Below, piece after piece: positions 1 through 9,557 of a stretch of DNA of 50,942 nt (its first letter is position 1; every line of letters begins with the position of its first letter). Position numbers and translations under genes: made by a program. Origin of the DNA: a virus. Taxonomy: Duplodnaviria > Caudoviricetes. The stretch covers positions 1-50,942 of the IMG/VR virus record IMGVR_UViG_3300007509_000009; one strand, written 5' to 3'. The notes under the pieces are model-generated. The model did no database searches. It worked only from the letters and a program-made list of their open reading frames with translations, and was not told the origin of the DNA.

Positions 1-119
1 CGGTTACCAGCGGAGTCTGAGCCAGGATCTCTGGGCCTTCTTCCAGGACTACGGACTCCACCTCAAGGCCAAGATCAGAGGGCAGCACCCTCTCCATCTG
101 GGCCGGGTTCTCCGGGGTA
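1..119. repeat. 119-bp terminal direct repeat (circular assembly overlap), copy 1
   Basis: 1-119 is identical to 50824-50942 and lies inside a reading frame that continues across the join. Confidence 0.97.
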
Positions 120-2518
120 GCCGGGGCTGGGCGACCGAACCCATGCAGCTGAGCACGAGAAACCATGACCGGAATGCTCTCAATACCGGCATCCTGCAAA
201 GCGGCAAGCCTGGTGTTCCCGTCCAGTAGTGTTGCGTGTCCCGTTTCCATATCGAAGCCAAGTTCTAGCGGCTCAAACAGGACTCCTCCCGACCTGAACT
301 CCTCGGTTAGCCGAGGAAGCAGCGTCTCGGTAGGCTCGGTAATGTTATCAGGGCCTTTCGGGACCACCCTGCGGTCTTCTGATCGGAACTTGGCCAAGCT
401 GCTCGTCTTTACATATTGGACATTAGGATTGCCCTGCCAACGCTCTGACAGCCTTACCCTGGCGGACGCGGGAATCGGGGCCTGACGGACAATGGCCGGC
501 GTCTCACCAGCCCTTTCAGCGGCACGCCTGGCCTGATACTCCTGCACTGCCAAATCGGCCAGGCGCTTAACCTCCGCCTCATACGCATCCCCTGCGGCCT
601 CGCCAAGATTCTGTCGGATGGCATCTGCAGTGTGAGCGTGATCGCGGCTGAGACCGGTCCCGCCGTGGTGCAAAAAGTCATCTCGCGCTTTTTGGATGAT
701 TCGGTCTTCGCTGGGCATCTGCGCCTGTTCGCGAGCAGAACTCTCGGGCTCCGCCACAGCCTCTTGGGCCTGTTGCTCGCCGGTAAGCTGGGCTACGACC
801 TTTTCCGCGATGGCCTGCGGGGACTCGGTTGTTACATCCAAGCCAAAGCGGTCGAGTAGCTCCATGGGATCAACGCCCCACCGCTCACCCATGGTCACCA
901 GAAAGTCGGCCAGAGGCGCGGCCTTGCTCTCCGCCTCGGTTTGTCCAGCGGCAAGCAGGCGTCCAGCGATCTCGTCACGCACCTCCAGGATCTTGGCCGT
1001 CTGCTCACGCATGCGCTCCCCGGTCTCCCGCGCATTGGGGGCCTCGGGAGCGGCTCGCAGCTCTGCGGCCAAGCGAGCGTTGTGCGGAGTAGGTGCAATA
1101 TGCTGCGCGTACTTGCTGGCCGGAATGGCGATCTGGTGACCGGCTTCGGCGGCGTTGTCGTAGGCGTCCGCCGAACCCAGCACGGTATCGGCCACTTCTC
1201 TCGGGTCCAGGTTTTGGCTTTGCCAGTACAAGTCCCACTGGGCTTTGTCAAAGTACACCAGGTCGTTGCCAATGGCGGCCTCGACAGCGGCCTCCGACGA
1301 GCCGATCCTGGAGTCCTTCAGGTCCTTGCCGATCTTCTCCCAGGCGCGCTGGTTAGCTCTCGCCATACGGGCGGCGGAGATGTCTCTCGCCGTGGCTGGC
1401 GCTGAGAACGCCGCGCCATAGGTAGAGCCGGCAGCTGCTCCGACCAAAACCCCTTCGCCCACGCGGGCCAGGTTTTCTGGAGTGAAGACCTCATCAGCTA
1501 ACATCTCGATGGTTACAGGAACGCCCCTGGTCAAGGCGTCGGTGATTGCGTTCGCGTGCAGTTGAATCAACTCCTGCGCGCCTTCTTCTGCGCCTTCCTC
1601 CAGGCCGGCAATAGCCAGATTGCGACCGATCTTTCTGAAGGCTTTCCGGTAGGTCTGCTTCCCCAGCATGTCGATGACGGCATGTTTCGAGAACATCCGA
1701 GCTAGAGAGTTTGCTCCGGGGATCAGGATCTTCTCAGCACCCAGGCCGGCCTCAACGACCCCGCTCATGAGCGCCACAACGTGGGCGGCGGGAGAGGCTA
1801 TCTCGGGGTCCACCCCGTGCTCGTCCACCATCTCATTAAAGGCGTGCGGGGCCATCGCGTGGTAGGAGGCCCGGATCATGCCGATAATGTGGCCGGCGGT
1901 GTAGCCCGCGCTCGCGCCACCAAGAGTTCCAATACCTGGAACGACGCTTCCAACGGTGCCCCCAACGGCAGCGCCAGTGATCCCGCCCTTTATGCCTTCG
2001 GCCCATACCTCAGCCATGAACGGAGCGGTGCCTACGACCTCCGGTATCCACCACTCATCTATGTTGCCCAGGCCCACCTCATAGGCGCGCTCTCGGTTCA
2101 TGATCTCCTGGTAGCGGTCGAACTCTTGCTGGTCGTCGTCGTTCCACTCTTCGCCTTGCCCAACAAGGTGTCGCCAACGCTTGTTGGAGATCCCGGTGGA
2201 GTCCAGCATTGCGTTGTTACGCTCAAGGGATCGCTTCGACCACTCCCACTGCCGCTCCACCCAGGACAGGGTCTCAGGCTCCTCAACCGGGTTGTCTTTC
2301 AGGAACTGCGCGGTGCGCGGGGAGTGGCGGACGATCCCCTCCCAATCAATCTTCGGCTCTGGCTTCTCTCCGCTGCGCTCAACCGCTTGGGAAGACACGC
2401 CCATCTGCTTGCCCATATCGATTGACTCGGGCGACACCGGCTCCCTGGAGGCGACCTCCAGGTCAGAAGCACGCCGCTGGGTCTGCCCATGCAACGCTTC
2501 CCAGTTAATCTCGCTCAT
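1..2518 (-). CDS. N-terminal part of giant polyvalent ejection protein (T7 gp16 position); continues across the origin into 50823-42815, 3508 aa in total
   Basis: ATG at 2518 overlaps the upstream TAA (TAATG). I read the frame codon by codon with no stop down to position 97, which equals 50920, the first codon of the 2701-aa track ORF. Contains a glycine-zipper hydrophobic stretch (GGITGAAVGGTVGSVVPGIGTLGGASAG) and a ParB-like motif (LLDGNTRLAALQDAGIESIPVMV). Confidence 0.92.
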   Translation of the reverse strand, partial: MSEINWEALHGQTQRRASDLEVASREPVSPESIDMGKQMGVSSQAVERSGEKPEPKIDWEGIVRHSPRTAQFLKDNPVEEPETLSWVERQWEWSKRSLERNNAMLDSTGISNKRWRHLVGQGEEWNDDDQQEFDRYQEIMNRERAYEVGLGNIDEWWIPEVVGTAPFMAEVWAEGIKGGITGAAVGGTVGSVVPGIGTLGGASAGYTAGHIIGMIRASYHAMAPHAFNEMVDEHGVDPEIASPAAHVVALMSGVVEAGLGAEKILIPGANSLARMFSKHAVIDMLGKQTYRKAFRKIGRNLAIAGLEEGAEEGAQELIQLHANAITDALTRGVPVTIEMLADEVFTPENLARVGEGVLVGAAAGSTYGAAFSAPATARDISAARMARANQRAWEKIGKDLKDSRIGSSEAAVEAAIGNDLVYFDKAQWDLYWQSQNLDPREVADTVLGSADAYDNAAEAGHQIAIPASKYAQHIAPTPHNARLAAELRAAPEAPNARETGERMREQTAKILEVRDEIAGRLLAAGQTEAESKAAPLADFLVTMGERWGVDPMELLDRFGLDVTTESPQAIAEKVVAQLTGEQQAQEAVAEPESSAREQAQMPSEDRIIQKARDDFLHHGGTGLSRDHAHTADAIRQNLGEAAGDAYEAEVKRLADLAVQEYQARRAAERAGETPAIVRQAPIPASARVRLSERWQGNPNVQYVKTSSLAKFRSEDRRVVPKGPDNITEPTETLLPRLTEEFRSGGVLFEPLELGFDMETGHATLLDGNTRLAALQDAGIESIPVMVSRAQLHGFGRPAPATPENPAQMERVLPSDLGLEVESVVLEEGPEILAQTPLVT

Positions 2519-4152
2519 TACTCAACCCTTGCGTTGGGTTTCTGCAGGGGAGGTTCTCCAATGTCGGTGACCACCGAGTCCGGGTAAGGCAGCGAGTTGT
2601 CCTCCTCTTCCTCTTCGCGAGGAGTGAAGAACGGCACCATGCCCTCCGGGTCGAAGTTGCCGCCAGACTCGGGTGGATTCGGGTTGACCAGGTAAGCCTG
2701 GTACAGGTCCAGCAGGGACTGTTCAGTCAGCGCGCCAAGGTTCTCTTGGGCTTGCTGCCGGAACCAGGTGGGAACGTCGTCCGGGTCGTCGATCAAGAAG
2801 GCTTCTCGGGAGGTGTCGAGCCACTTACGATCACGCACCTCATCCTGCACCAAGCGTTCGGCCACGGCGCGCATTTCGCTCTCCGGCATGTTGCGCCCCT
2901 CGTTCTTGGGGTCGGACTGCCAGGAGTCGATGGCCTCGCCCATCATGCGGTGGAAGCGCGCAGCCTTCTCCATGTCCTTGGTGTTCTTCGGGTTCACCAG
3001 ATCCATGTCCAGCTGGCCCAGAGCCTGCTGGGTGATCTGAGCCCTGGTTGCCGCATGGGCAGCGGCACCCTGGTCGTTGTCACGGGCGGAGTTGTACCAG
3101 CCCGAGATGGTCTTGAACTCGGAGTCTTCCATGCTGGCGCGAAGGGGTCCGCTCTCCGACTCGAAGTAGCGGATGAACCCCTGTGGGTCGGTTTGGTACA
3201 TCACCTGTAGGCGAACGTACTCCTGCCAATCGGTGGTGAGGGTGCCCTCGTTGAGCTTCTTGTCATACTCGATTAGGGCCTTGCGGTCAGAGACCTTCAG
3301 CTTGTGCCAGTCTTCCGACCCTTGTAGGGACGCGAGCCCCTGCTGCTCCACCTGGGTAGTCATAGCAATCATGCCGTCCGAGTATGCGCGGCTCATGCGT
3401 GACGCCTGTTTGGTCTCGGCGGAATAAATCGCATTGTTAGCCCAAGCCAACTGGGCATCGGCCATGTCCTGGGGTAGCCACTTGGGATCAGCGATGGTGC
3501 CGTCCGGGCTTGTCAGGATGGCGACCTGCTCCTCGGGGGTAAGCGCGGCCACTGCAGCCAGAGAAGCGGTTGCGGTTGCCTCCTGGCGTGCCAGCTGGTC
3601 CTCTCCCTCGACGAGTATCCCGTGGCTCTTGGCGTCATCAATCCAGGCATTCATCTCGTTGAGAATGTCCTCGCGCTGGCTCGGGCTGGTTGCTCGCATA
3701 ATGTCGCGCCGGCCCCGCTCAAGGTCAGCCTTGAGGGTGGCGCTGCGGACCTTCTGCTCAGTGGTCCAGGAAGCAGATTTCACATCCGCCATGCCGCTGC
3801 TGATGTACGAGTCTGCGTCCATCTCAAACAGGGCGGACGCCCTCCTACCCCGGACCAGCTTGCCGGCCTCGGCGCGAGCCTCCTTCATGGCCTCGTTGTA
3901 CAGGTTCTCGTAGTCACCGTACTGGTCGCTGCGTGACAAGCGATCCATGACGTCTATGCGGGCGGAGTTGAGAACGGACTGGGCCTTGATCAGGTCCGAC
4001 TTGTCCTGCCTCTCGAACGCGTTCTTGGCGATGGAGGACAGCATGTTGCCGGTGGCCTCCAGGCCAGACATGTCCGAGGCAATCCGTATGTTGCCCGTGC
4101 GGCCTTGAACGCTCTGCAGGCCTATCGCTTCTGGGTCAGGTAAGTTGGGCAT
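2518..4152 (-). CDS. Internal virion/ejection protein (T7 gp15 position), 544 aa, helical
   Basis: Synteny after a gp14-like gene; MPNLP N-terminus; Ala/Glu/Gln-rich helical sequence. Confidence 0.75.
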   Translation of the reverse strand: MPNLPDPEAIGLQSVQGRTGNIRIASDMSGLEATGNMLSSIAKNAFERQDKSDLIKAQSVLNSARIDVMDRLSRSDQYGDYENLYNEAMKEARAEAGKLVRGRRASALFEMDADSYISSGMADVKSASWTTEQKVRSATLKADLERGRRDIMRATSPSQREDILNEMNAWIDDAKSHGILVEGEDQLARQEATATASLAAVAALTPEEQVAILTSPDGTIADPKWLPQDMADAQLAWANNAIYSAETKQASRMSRAYSDGMIAMTTQVEQQGLASLQGSEDWHKLKVSDRKALIEYDKKLNEGTLTTDWQEYVRLQVMYQTDPQGFIRYFESESGPLRASMEDSEFKTISGWYNSARDNDQGAAAHAATRAQITQQALGQLDMDLVNPKNTKDMEKAARFHRMMGEAIDSWQSDPKNEGRNMPESEMRAVAERLVQDEVRDRKWLDTSREAFLIDDPDDVPTWFRQQAQENLGALTEQSLLDLYQAYLVNPNPPESGGNFDPEGMVPFFTPREEEEEDNSLPYPDSVVTDIGEPPLQKPNARVE

Positions 4153-4155
4153 TTA

Positions 4156-4611
4156 CTAAGCCTTAAATCGGTCGTAAAGGGTGCCGACGCCCTCAGAGAT
4201 AGTGCCCACGGATTTCAGAATGCCCTGTGCGCGGGCTTGTTTGCCCATGGCGCGAGTGGCCTGCCCCTGGGTTCTCAGGGTGTCGGCCTCGGTGGCACCG
4301 GAGTACAGCTTAGCCATGGCGTTGTACTCGGAGCGGGCCGCGATGCGGTTCTCCACGTCCTGCACGGTGGCATCATCCGCGCCGGCACCCGAAGCTGCCG
4401 CCACTGCCTTCGAGCGAGAGAGGGCTATATCGCCCTGTCGCAGAACCTCTGCGGCATCACGCTGCGCGGACGCCTGGCTCTCGTTGGCCTGGCGATCCAT
4501 CATCTCGCCCTGCAGGTCCGCGATCTTCTTCTGATCCGACCCCTGCCTGATCTGCGAGTAAGCGGTGACCAGCGTCCCGGCTACCATCAATGGCAACACC
4601 AACTGTCCCAT
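4156..4611 (-). CDS. Internal virion protein (T7 gp14-like), 151 aa
   Basis: Hydrophobic N-terminus, Ala/Gln-rich body with AVAAASGAG motif, synteny. Confidence 0.75.
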   Translation of the reverse strand: MGQLVLPLMVAGTLVTAYSQIRQGSDQKKIADLQGEMMDRQANESQASAQRDAAEVLRQGDIALSRSKAVAAASGAGADDATVQDVENRIAARSEYNAMAKLYSGATEADTLRTQGQATRAMGKQARAQGILKSVGTISEGVGTLYDRFKA

Positions 4612-4951
4612 CTATAAACCTCCATACCTCCTCATCCACCCGCTCAAAGCCGAGGTGAGTAAGGAACGACTCTGATGTCGGCTCACTATGCTCCTGGTAC
4701 GCAATGACCGGTAGCAAGCAATTCCGCATGATACGACGGACTGCTGCCGCCGTCCTATAAATCGAGACCGGGTGGTCTCTTAGATCCTCGGGAATGTCCG
4801 CAAACGCCACCCAATATCCGCCATCCAGCCAGACCCCGCCCAGGCCGCGCACCTTATCGCCCTCCATCAAGGCAGCTCCCCTGAAGTGGGTGAAAGGCGA
4901 CATGTCGAAGAAGTCCTCGAAGATGTCCCTTGTTAGTGGGACCACCCTCAC
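4457..4951 (-). CDS. T7 gp13-position GNAT-like protein, about 164 aa
   Basis: GTG start overlaps the nozzle stop (GTGA); SESFLTHLGF resembles GNAT motif B; the C-terminal ~50 codons overlap the next gene. Confidence 0.6.
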   Translation of the reverse strand: MRVVPLTRDIFEDFFDMSPFTHFRGAALMEGDKVRGLGGVWLDGGYWVAFADIPEDLRDHPVSIYRTAAAVRRIMRNCLLPVIAYQEHSEPTSESFLTHLGFERVDEEVWRFIDGTVGVAIDGSRDAGHRLLADQAGVGSEEDRGPAGRDDGSPGQREPGVRAA

Positions 4952-7593
4952 CGGTCGTACTCCGTATCCAAAAGCACGGCCATCACCGTGGCGTGCTTGG
5001 GTGCCTGGCCCTGCAAGCATACCCGGGCATCGGTCTCCACCGTGCCGTTGAACGGGATGAAGGGCTCATCATAGGCCTGGTAGTCCGACGACACCGTGGT
5101 CTCATCTTCTATGACAGGCAGATTGTCCATGGTGGTAAAATCCTGCCCGTACTCCAGCCCTTGCCGGTGGGTGGGGCCGAGGATCAGGCCAATCTGGCGG
5201 ATCATCTTATCTATGTTCAGGAAGGGGCGCGTCTGGCTGGACAGCTTGGTGGACTTAAACTGCGCGGTGTAGGGCAGCCCGACTATAACGTCGGACGCTG
5301 CGGTGCTCAGCGCAATGGCTCCGCCGGAAACCGTGTGCAGCTCGGGGGCCCCGTTTGAATCGACAATGGCATCCCCATCGGCCCAGACCACCACACTCTC
5401 ACCGTTGAGGTGCGATAGCCCGGTAATGGACGTGGTTGCAGCGCCGGAATAGACAACGTGTGAGTCAACACACTTATTGGTGGTGCCCCCTTGACACTCG
5501 GACTCAAGCGCCCACTTCTCGATAAACCGACCCGTGTCGCGGTTTATGACATAGTAGACTTGGTCCTCATCGGTGCCTGGCAGCACCACACACTGCTCCA
5601 CATTGCCATCAGTTTCAAACCGTACCCAGCACTGCACGTCTTCCACGTCGTCAAAGACAAGGATGACCACGTTGCCGTCGTCCAGCACGCAGTGGATGCG
5701 TGTGTCTGGCTGTCGTTGCACAGCGACCTGCCGCACGCCTGGGCTCGCCACGTCCGGGTAGATCCGGGTGAGGTCGGTGGAGGCGTAGTCGAACTTGCCC
5801 CCGTCGTAGCCCATTAGGTACACGCGCAGGCCGGAGCGTTGAACGAAGATGCCTGAAGTGTCCACAGCAATGGCGGCCATCTCGGCACTTCCCTGCGTGG
5901 ACGAGTTCTTGAGACTGAACGCAGTGGGAGTTAGGGGCTCATCGAAGGAGGAGGACCGGGCCCCCTTCTCCGCGCTGTCCGTGCCTATCATGAGCCGCAA
6001 AAGCGGCAACAGCCAGTTAATGCGGTCCACCGGGCCCTGCCCAATGGTCCTGGAAATCGGCCCCGAATCGCCTTCAATGAAGTCGTCGAAACCCTCGAAC
6101 GCGTCCGAGGCCGACCCCCAGATGTTGTCCTTGCCGGCCCACCAGGTCCTGCCCTCATAGAGGGCCACTGCGGAGGGGAAGCCGCGATAGGTGCTCCAGA
6201 ATCCTTCAGCCCACAGGGCCGAGGCTTCGGTGCCGCCAAGGTTCTTGATTACGGATGCGGTGACCGTGGTCTCGTTGGTCACCGTGCGGATCTTTGTGAT
6301 GCCTATGATCGAGCCACCGTTGTAGGTTAAGGTGGCAGCGGCTGTGCCAGACGTGTACGCAGTCATCTGCAAACGGTAGTAGGTGATCTGGTTGTCCAGG
6401 CCATCGTCGTAGGTGAGCGAGGTCGCCCCGGTCCAGGACTGCACGTCCACCCATGATCCAGGCTCAACCACGGAACGCTGCAGGGTAACCGTGCCTACAA
6501 AGGTGCCCGAGATCTGTACGATGAAGCGGCGCGTGTTCTCCACGCCCGTGACGCGGATCTCGTCGGTGGCCGCGTTCAGGGCACCCAGGTTGGCCGTGAC
6601 AATCTGTCCAACGGACTCGATGCGAAACAGTGCGCCGGCATGGCCCGACTTGAACAAGGGCCTCGACGCCGTCAGGGTCACCTCACCCTGAATCGCAGAA
6701 GCAGAGATGGTGATGTCGCCTGTGTTCTCCGGGCGGAAGGGGCCGTCAAGCGGCTCGTACTTCACCAGCGACCAAGTGCGCGTGGCACGGCGCTCAATCT
6801 TGTATTGGTGGTAGCCCTCGCAGGCCAGGTAAATCACGTCCGCCGACTGGTCGTAGCGGATCTTCTCCAGGTCCGCCTCAGCGTAGGGGCTGGTCAGGGA
6901 GATCGCTCCGCTGCCTTCCATCGCGATGGAGTCCACCAGCTTCTGCCATCGGTCCCGGTTGGAAAACTCCACCCAGATGCTGGCACCTGTGGGGGTCACT
7001 GCCAGAGAGTGCTCGCCAGTTCCCAGCTCCCCGGAAAACAAGTCATCGTCGTCTTCTGTGGAACCCATCCTCACAGTGACGGGGCCCTGCTGGATGATAA
7101 TCTTGATGCCGTGCTCGGTGTTCTGGTCAGCAGCGGCCACCGTCAACTGCTGGGTCTGCTTGGCGGCGTCTGTACCGGTGCCGGTCAGTCCCATGTAGCC
7201 GCCCGCTACGTGGGCCGAGGACGCTGTGCCCTCGTCATTGTCTGTCCAGCCGGTAGTGATGTCAGAATCGAAGGTGCCGTTGGTGATCGTGGTGGAGCGG
7301 GCTGTGCGCGTAATCACTGCCTCGTCCACATGGACGGTCATCAGGACGTTCCTGAACTCCACCAGGGCCAAGTCGTTGGTGGCGAAGACGAAAGGCACGA
7401 GGAACGCCTGGCCCGAGAGAGTCGATATGTACTCCAGCCCAGGGCGTAGCATCATGGGTCCGAAGACACGGGGCATCCAGTTGGTCTGAGTCTCGGCTGA
7501 CAGTGCTACCCTGTCCAGGTCCGTCCTGGCCAAGGCCAGAGGAGATACGAGCCCCCGGTTAAAGGTAAGTAACTGGCTGGTGTCACGAGGCAT
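4948..7593 (-). CDS. Tail nozzle / tail tubular protein B-like, 881 aa
   Basis: TFNRGLVSP...RTDLD...NW...GP...RPG N-terminus; QSADVIY, GFPSAVALYEGRTWWAG and VGLPYTAQF motifs typical of podophage nozzle proteins. Confidence 0.85.
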   Translation of the reverse strand: MPRDTSQLLTFNRGLVSPLALARTDLDRVALSAETQTNWMPRVFGPMMLRPGLEYISTLSGQAFLVPFVFATNDLALVEFRNVLMTVHVDEAVITRTARSTTITNGTFDSDITTGWTDNDEGTASSAHVAGGYMGLTGTGTDAAKQTQQLTVAAADQNTEHGIKIIIQQGPVTVRMGSTEDDDDLFSGELGTGEHSLAVTPTGASIWVEFSNRDRWQKLVDSIAMEGSGAISLTSPYAEADLEKIRYDQSADVIYLACEGYHQYKIERRATRTWSLVKYEPLDGPFRPENTGDITISASAIQGEVTLTASRPLFKSGHAGALFRIESVGQIVTANLGALNAATDEIRVTGVENTRRFIVQISGTFVGTVTLQRSVVEPGSWVDVQSWTGATSLTYDDGLDNQITYYRLQMTAYTSGTAAATLTYNGGSIIGITKIRTVTNETTVTASVIKNLGGTEASALWAEGFWSTYRGFPSAVALYEGRTWWAGKDNIWGSASDAFEGFDDFIEGDSGPISRTIGQGPVDRINWLLPLLRLMIGTDSAEKGARSSSFDEPLTPTAFSLKNSSTQGSAEMAAIAVDTSGIFVQRSGLRVYLMGYDGGKFDYASTDLTRIYPDVASPGVRQVAVQRQPDTRIHCVLDDGNVVILVFDDVEDVQCWVRFETDGNVEQCVVLPGTDEDQVYYVINRDTGRFIEKWALESECQGGTTNKCVDSHVVYSGAATTSITGLSHLNGESVVVWADGDAIVDSNGAPELHTVSGGAIALSTAASDVIVGLPYTAQFKSTKLSSQTRPFLNIDKMIRQIGLILGPTHRQGLEYGQDFTTMDNLPVIEDETTVSSDYQAYDEPFIPFNGTVETDARVCLQGQAPKHATVMAVLLDTEYDR

Positions 7594-8110
7594 CGGCGTA
7601 TGCCCAGCTATACCCTCCGTGGGTCTTCAGCCGGCCTCTTGCCGCAGAAACCACGCTCGCTCGCCGGAAGCCATTCCTTCCTGCCTCGGAAGCAGACGCG
7701 AACACCAACGGACTACGCCCAGGAGCGGTTGCTATAACCGGGCGTCGGGTATCCTGTCCCAACGCTCGCCTAGCGTGCTCCTGGTTCTCAGCGTCCGTAC
7801 ACCACTCAAGGTTCTCGGGCCGGTTGTCAGTCTTCACCCCGTTGAGGTGATTAACGTAATCCTTGCCTGGCTTGCGAGGAACGAAGGCAGTCGCCACTAG
7901 ACGGTGGACGCTGGCAAACGCTCTAACGCCGCCGGCACACAGCTCCAGTCGGAGGTATCCCTTGCCGGTTGGGTAGGCACCCCTAACCTTTCCTCGTCGC
8001 TTGTGGAGCAACCCCCGGTTGGGAACCAACCTATCAAGAGACCGGACCCTCCCCTGCGAAGAGACCTCGTAGATCCCCTCGTAGCCCTCTATGGGACGCC
8101 ACTCCTCCAT
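7583..8110 (-). CDS. NUMOD4-HNH homing endonuclease with C-terminal NUMOD1-like motif, 175 aa
   Basis: EEWRPIEGYEGIYEVSSQGRVRS (NUMOD4); VHRLVATAF...VNHLNGVKTDNRPENLEWCT (HNH); FASASEAGR...KTHGGYSW. Confidence 0.93.
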   Translation of the reverse strand: MEEWRPIEGYEGIYEVSSQGRVRSLDRLVPNRGLLHKRRGKVRGAYPTGKGYLRLELCAGGVRAFASVHRLVATAFVPRKPGKDYVNHLNGVKTDNRPENLEWCTDAENQEHARRALGQDTRRPVIATAPGRSPLVFASASEAGRNGFRRASVVSAARGRLKTHGGYSWAYADAS

Positions 8111-8112
8111 AG

Positions 8113-8724
8113 TCAGACCCTGGGTCCGCGAGAGCGTGACCAGGACCCGTGGGGCGGAAACCGGGCGGGCTCGTTCATGGCGTCGCTTGAGCGGGCCTCG
8201 CGCAGAGCCAGGTCCCGGGCCTGAAACAGCCGCCTCTCGGCCTCATCAGACAGCGAGGTGGCCCTTGCCCGAATGCGCCAGGCCAGGTCGTGCTCACAGA
8301 AGGCTGTGAACTTCTCCGGCCACAAAGCGAGGTCGTTGCCGTATGACGAGTCGTTGGACACGTAGCTCACGTAAATGACCTGCAGGTCGGAATACCACCG
8401 GCCCCGCTCATCCTCGTACCGGGTGAGCGGCGCGTTGAAGTAGGGGTCGGACGCCACGCCTGCAGTGCGTATCCAGTCAGAGGGCTTGATGAACCCGTGC
8501 GTGTAGCCGAAGTCCGGGTCAATGCCGGCGTCGTAGTTGCGCTCGGTGGTGCGAATCGCGAAGTTCCACAGGCCGTCCGATAGCCAGCGGTCCACAATGT
8601 CGCCGCTGTCCCATGCGGTATCCAACGAACGTCGGTGCTCGTTGTTATCGGTCAGGGCGGAGAGGGATCGCTCTCCGAGTAACAGCAAGGCCTGGTTGTA
8701 CAGCTTGAGCCTTGATGTGGCCAA
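8113..8724 (-). CDS. Tail adaptor / tail tubular protein A-like, 203 aa
   Basis: LYNQALLLLGE...WNFA...PSDWIR...ARSSDAMNEP pattern; synteny. Confidence 0.82.
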   Translation of the reverse strand: MATSRLKLYNQALLLLGERSLSALTDNNEHRRSLDTAWDSGDIVDRWLSDGLWNFAIRTTERNYDAGIDPDFGYTHGFIKPSDWIRTAGVASDPYFNAPLTRYEDERGRWYSDLQVIYVSYVSNDSSYGNDLALWPEKFTAFCEHDLAWRIRARATSLSDEAERRLFQARDLALREARSSDAMNEPARFPPHGSWSRSRGPRV

Positions 8725-8727
8725 AGG

Positions 8728-9216
8728 TTACCTCCGCAATGCAGCGACGTAGTCCTTCAAATCCCGTTCAGCCTCTGCCCTACTACCAAGCCCGGAGAAG
8801 ATGCGCTCGCTATCGCTCAGGCGATAGATGCCCCACTTCGTGGTGGGGTTGCCCCACTTAACCTCGTACTCGCTCACGTCCACAATCTCATTAACCTCCA
8901 GGTTATGGAAGCTCAGGATCTGGGCGTTGACCCACAAGTCGCCCGTGCCCAGCACGATCATCTCGGCGAACCAGGTCATGTTCTCCGCGTAGACGTCGAT
9001 GCGGTCACAGGGATTGATGACGTTGGCCACCAGCTTCCAGAAGGCCGGGTCGGTCAGGTCTTCTCTGACAACTTCGGGGCCAACAGTAGCAACGTGGTGT
9101 AGACGGGCCGCCCGAGCATGTGTCAGGCGAGAGCGTACAAGAGGAGACGCGGGACTACGCACTGCTTCCAGTGCAGATTCGGTCTGGACTTCTTGGGTCT
9201 GGGCAGCTTCTGCCAT
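8728..9216 (-). CDS. Hypothetical phage protein between head and tail genes, 162 aa
   Basis: GGAG RBS, tight packing, protein-like composition. Confidence 0.75.
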   Translation of the reverse strand: MAEAAQTQEVQTESALEAVRSPASPLVRSRLTHARAARLHHVATVGPEVVREDLTDPAFWKLVANVINPCDRIDVYAENMTWFAEMIVLGTGDLWVNAQILSFHNLEVNEIVDVSEYEVKWGNPTTKWGIYRLSDSERIFSGLGSRAEAERDLKDYVAALRR

Positions 9217-9227
9217 GAGGACTCCGT

Positions 9228-9265
9228 AAAATAGGAAACGGTGGGCCCATAATAGAGCCCACCGT
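9228..9265 (-). terminator. Intrinsic terminator after capsid/decoration genes
   Basis: Minus strand ACGGTGGGCTC-loop-GGGCCCACCGT followed by TTCCTATTTT. Confidence 0.7.
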
Positions 9266-9283
9266 CCACATCAGGCAACCAAC

Positions 9284-9544
9284 CTAAGAGGTTACTGCCT
9301 GAGACTCCAGGGCCGTAGCCGCGCCGCCAGACGTGACTGCCGTCACGAAGGCGACTCCCCCATCAGGCGCGCTTGAGTCGAAGATGACGACAAAGTCGCC
9401 AACATTCATACCCAGATCGTCACCGTTGGAGAAGTAGTCGGCTGCCGTGACCGTAGCCACGTCATCAGTGGATGTGTACATCCAGATCTTCTGCCCAGGG
9501 CCTGAGTTCACCAGAGTCGGAGGACTAGCAGTTGAATAAGCCAT
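9284..9544 (-). CDS. Probable capsid decoration/cement protein, 86 aa
   Basis: Directly after the capsid gene, GGAGG RBS, YTSTDDVATV...YF...GMNVGD beta-rich motif. Confidence 0.65.
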   Translation of the reverse strand: MAYSTASPPTLVNSGPGQKIWMYTSTDDVATVTAADYFSNGDDLGMNVGDFVVIFDSSAPDGGVAFVTAVTSGGAATALESQAVTS

Positions 9545-9557
9545 TAACAATACCTCC

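Noticed and set aside
4457-4611. Programmed frameshift or fusion between the GNAT-like and gp14-like genes
   Set aside because: The 155-nt overlap has no clear slippery site and the downstream gene has its own GGAGG RBS; a lost stop codon is simpler
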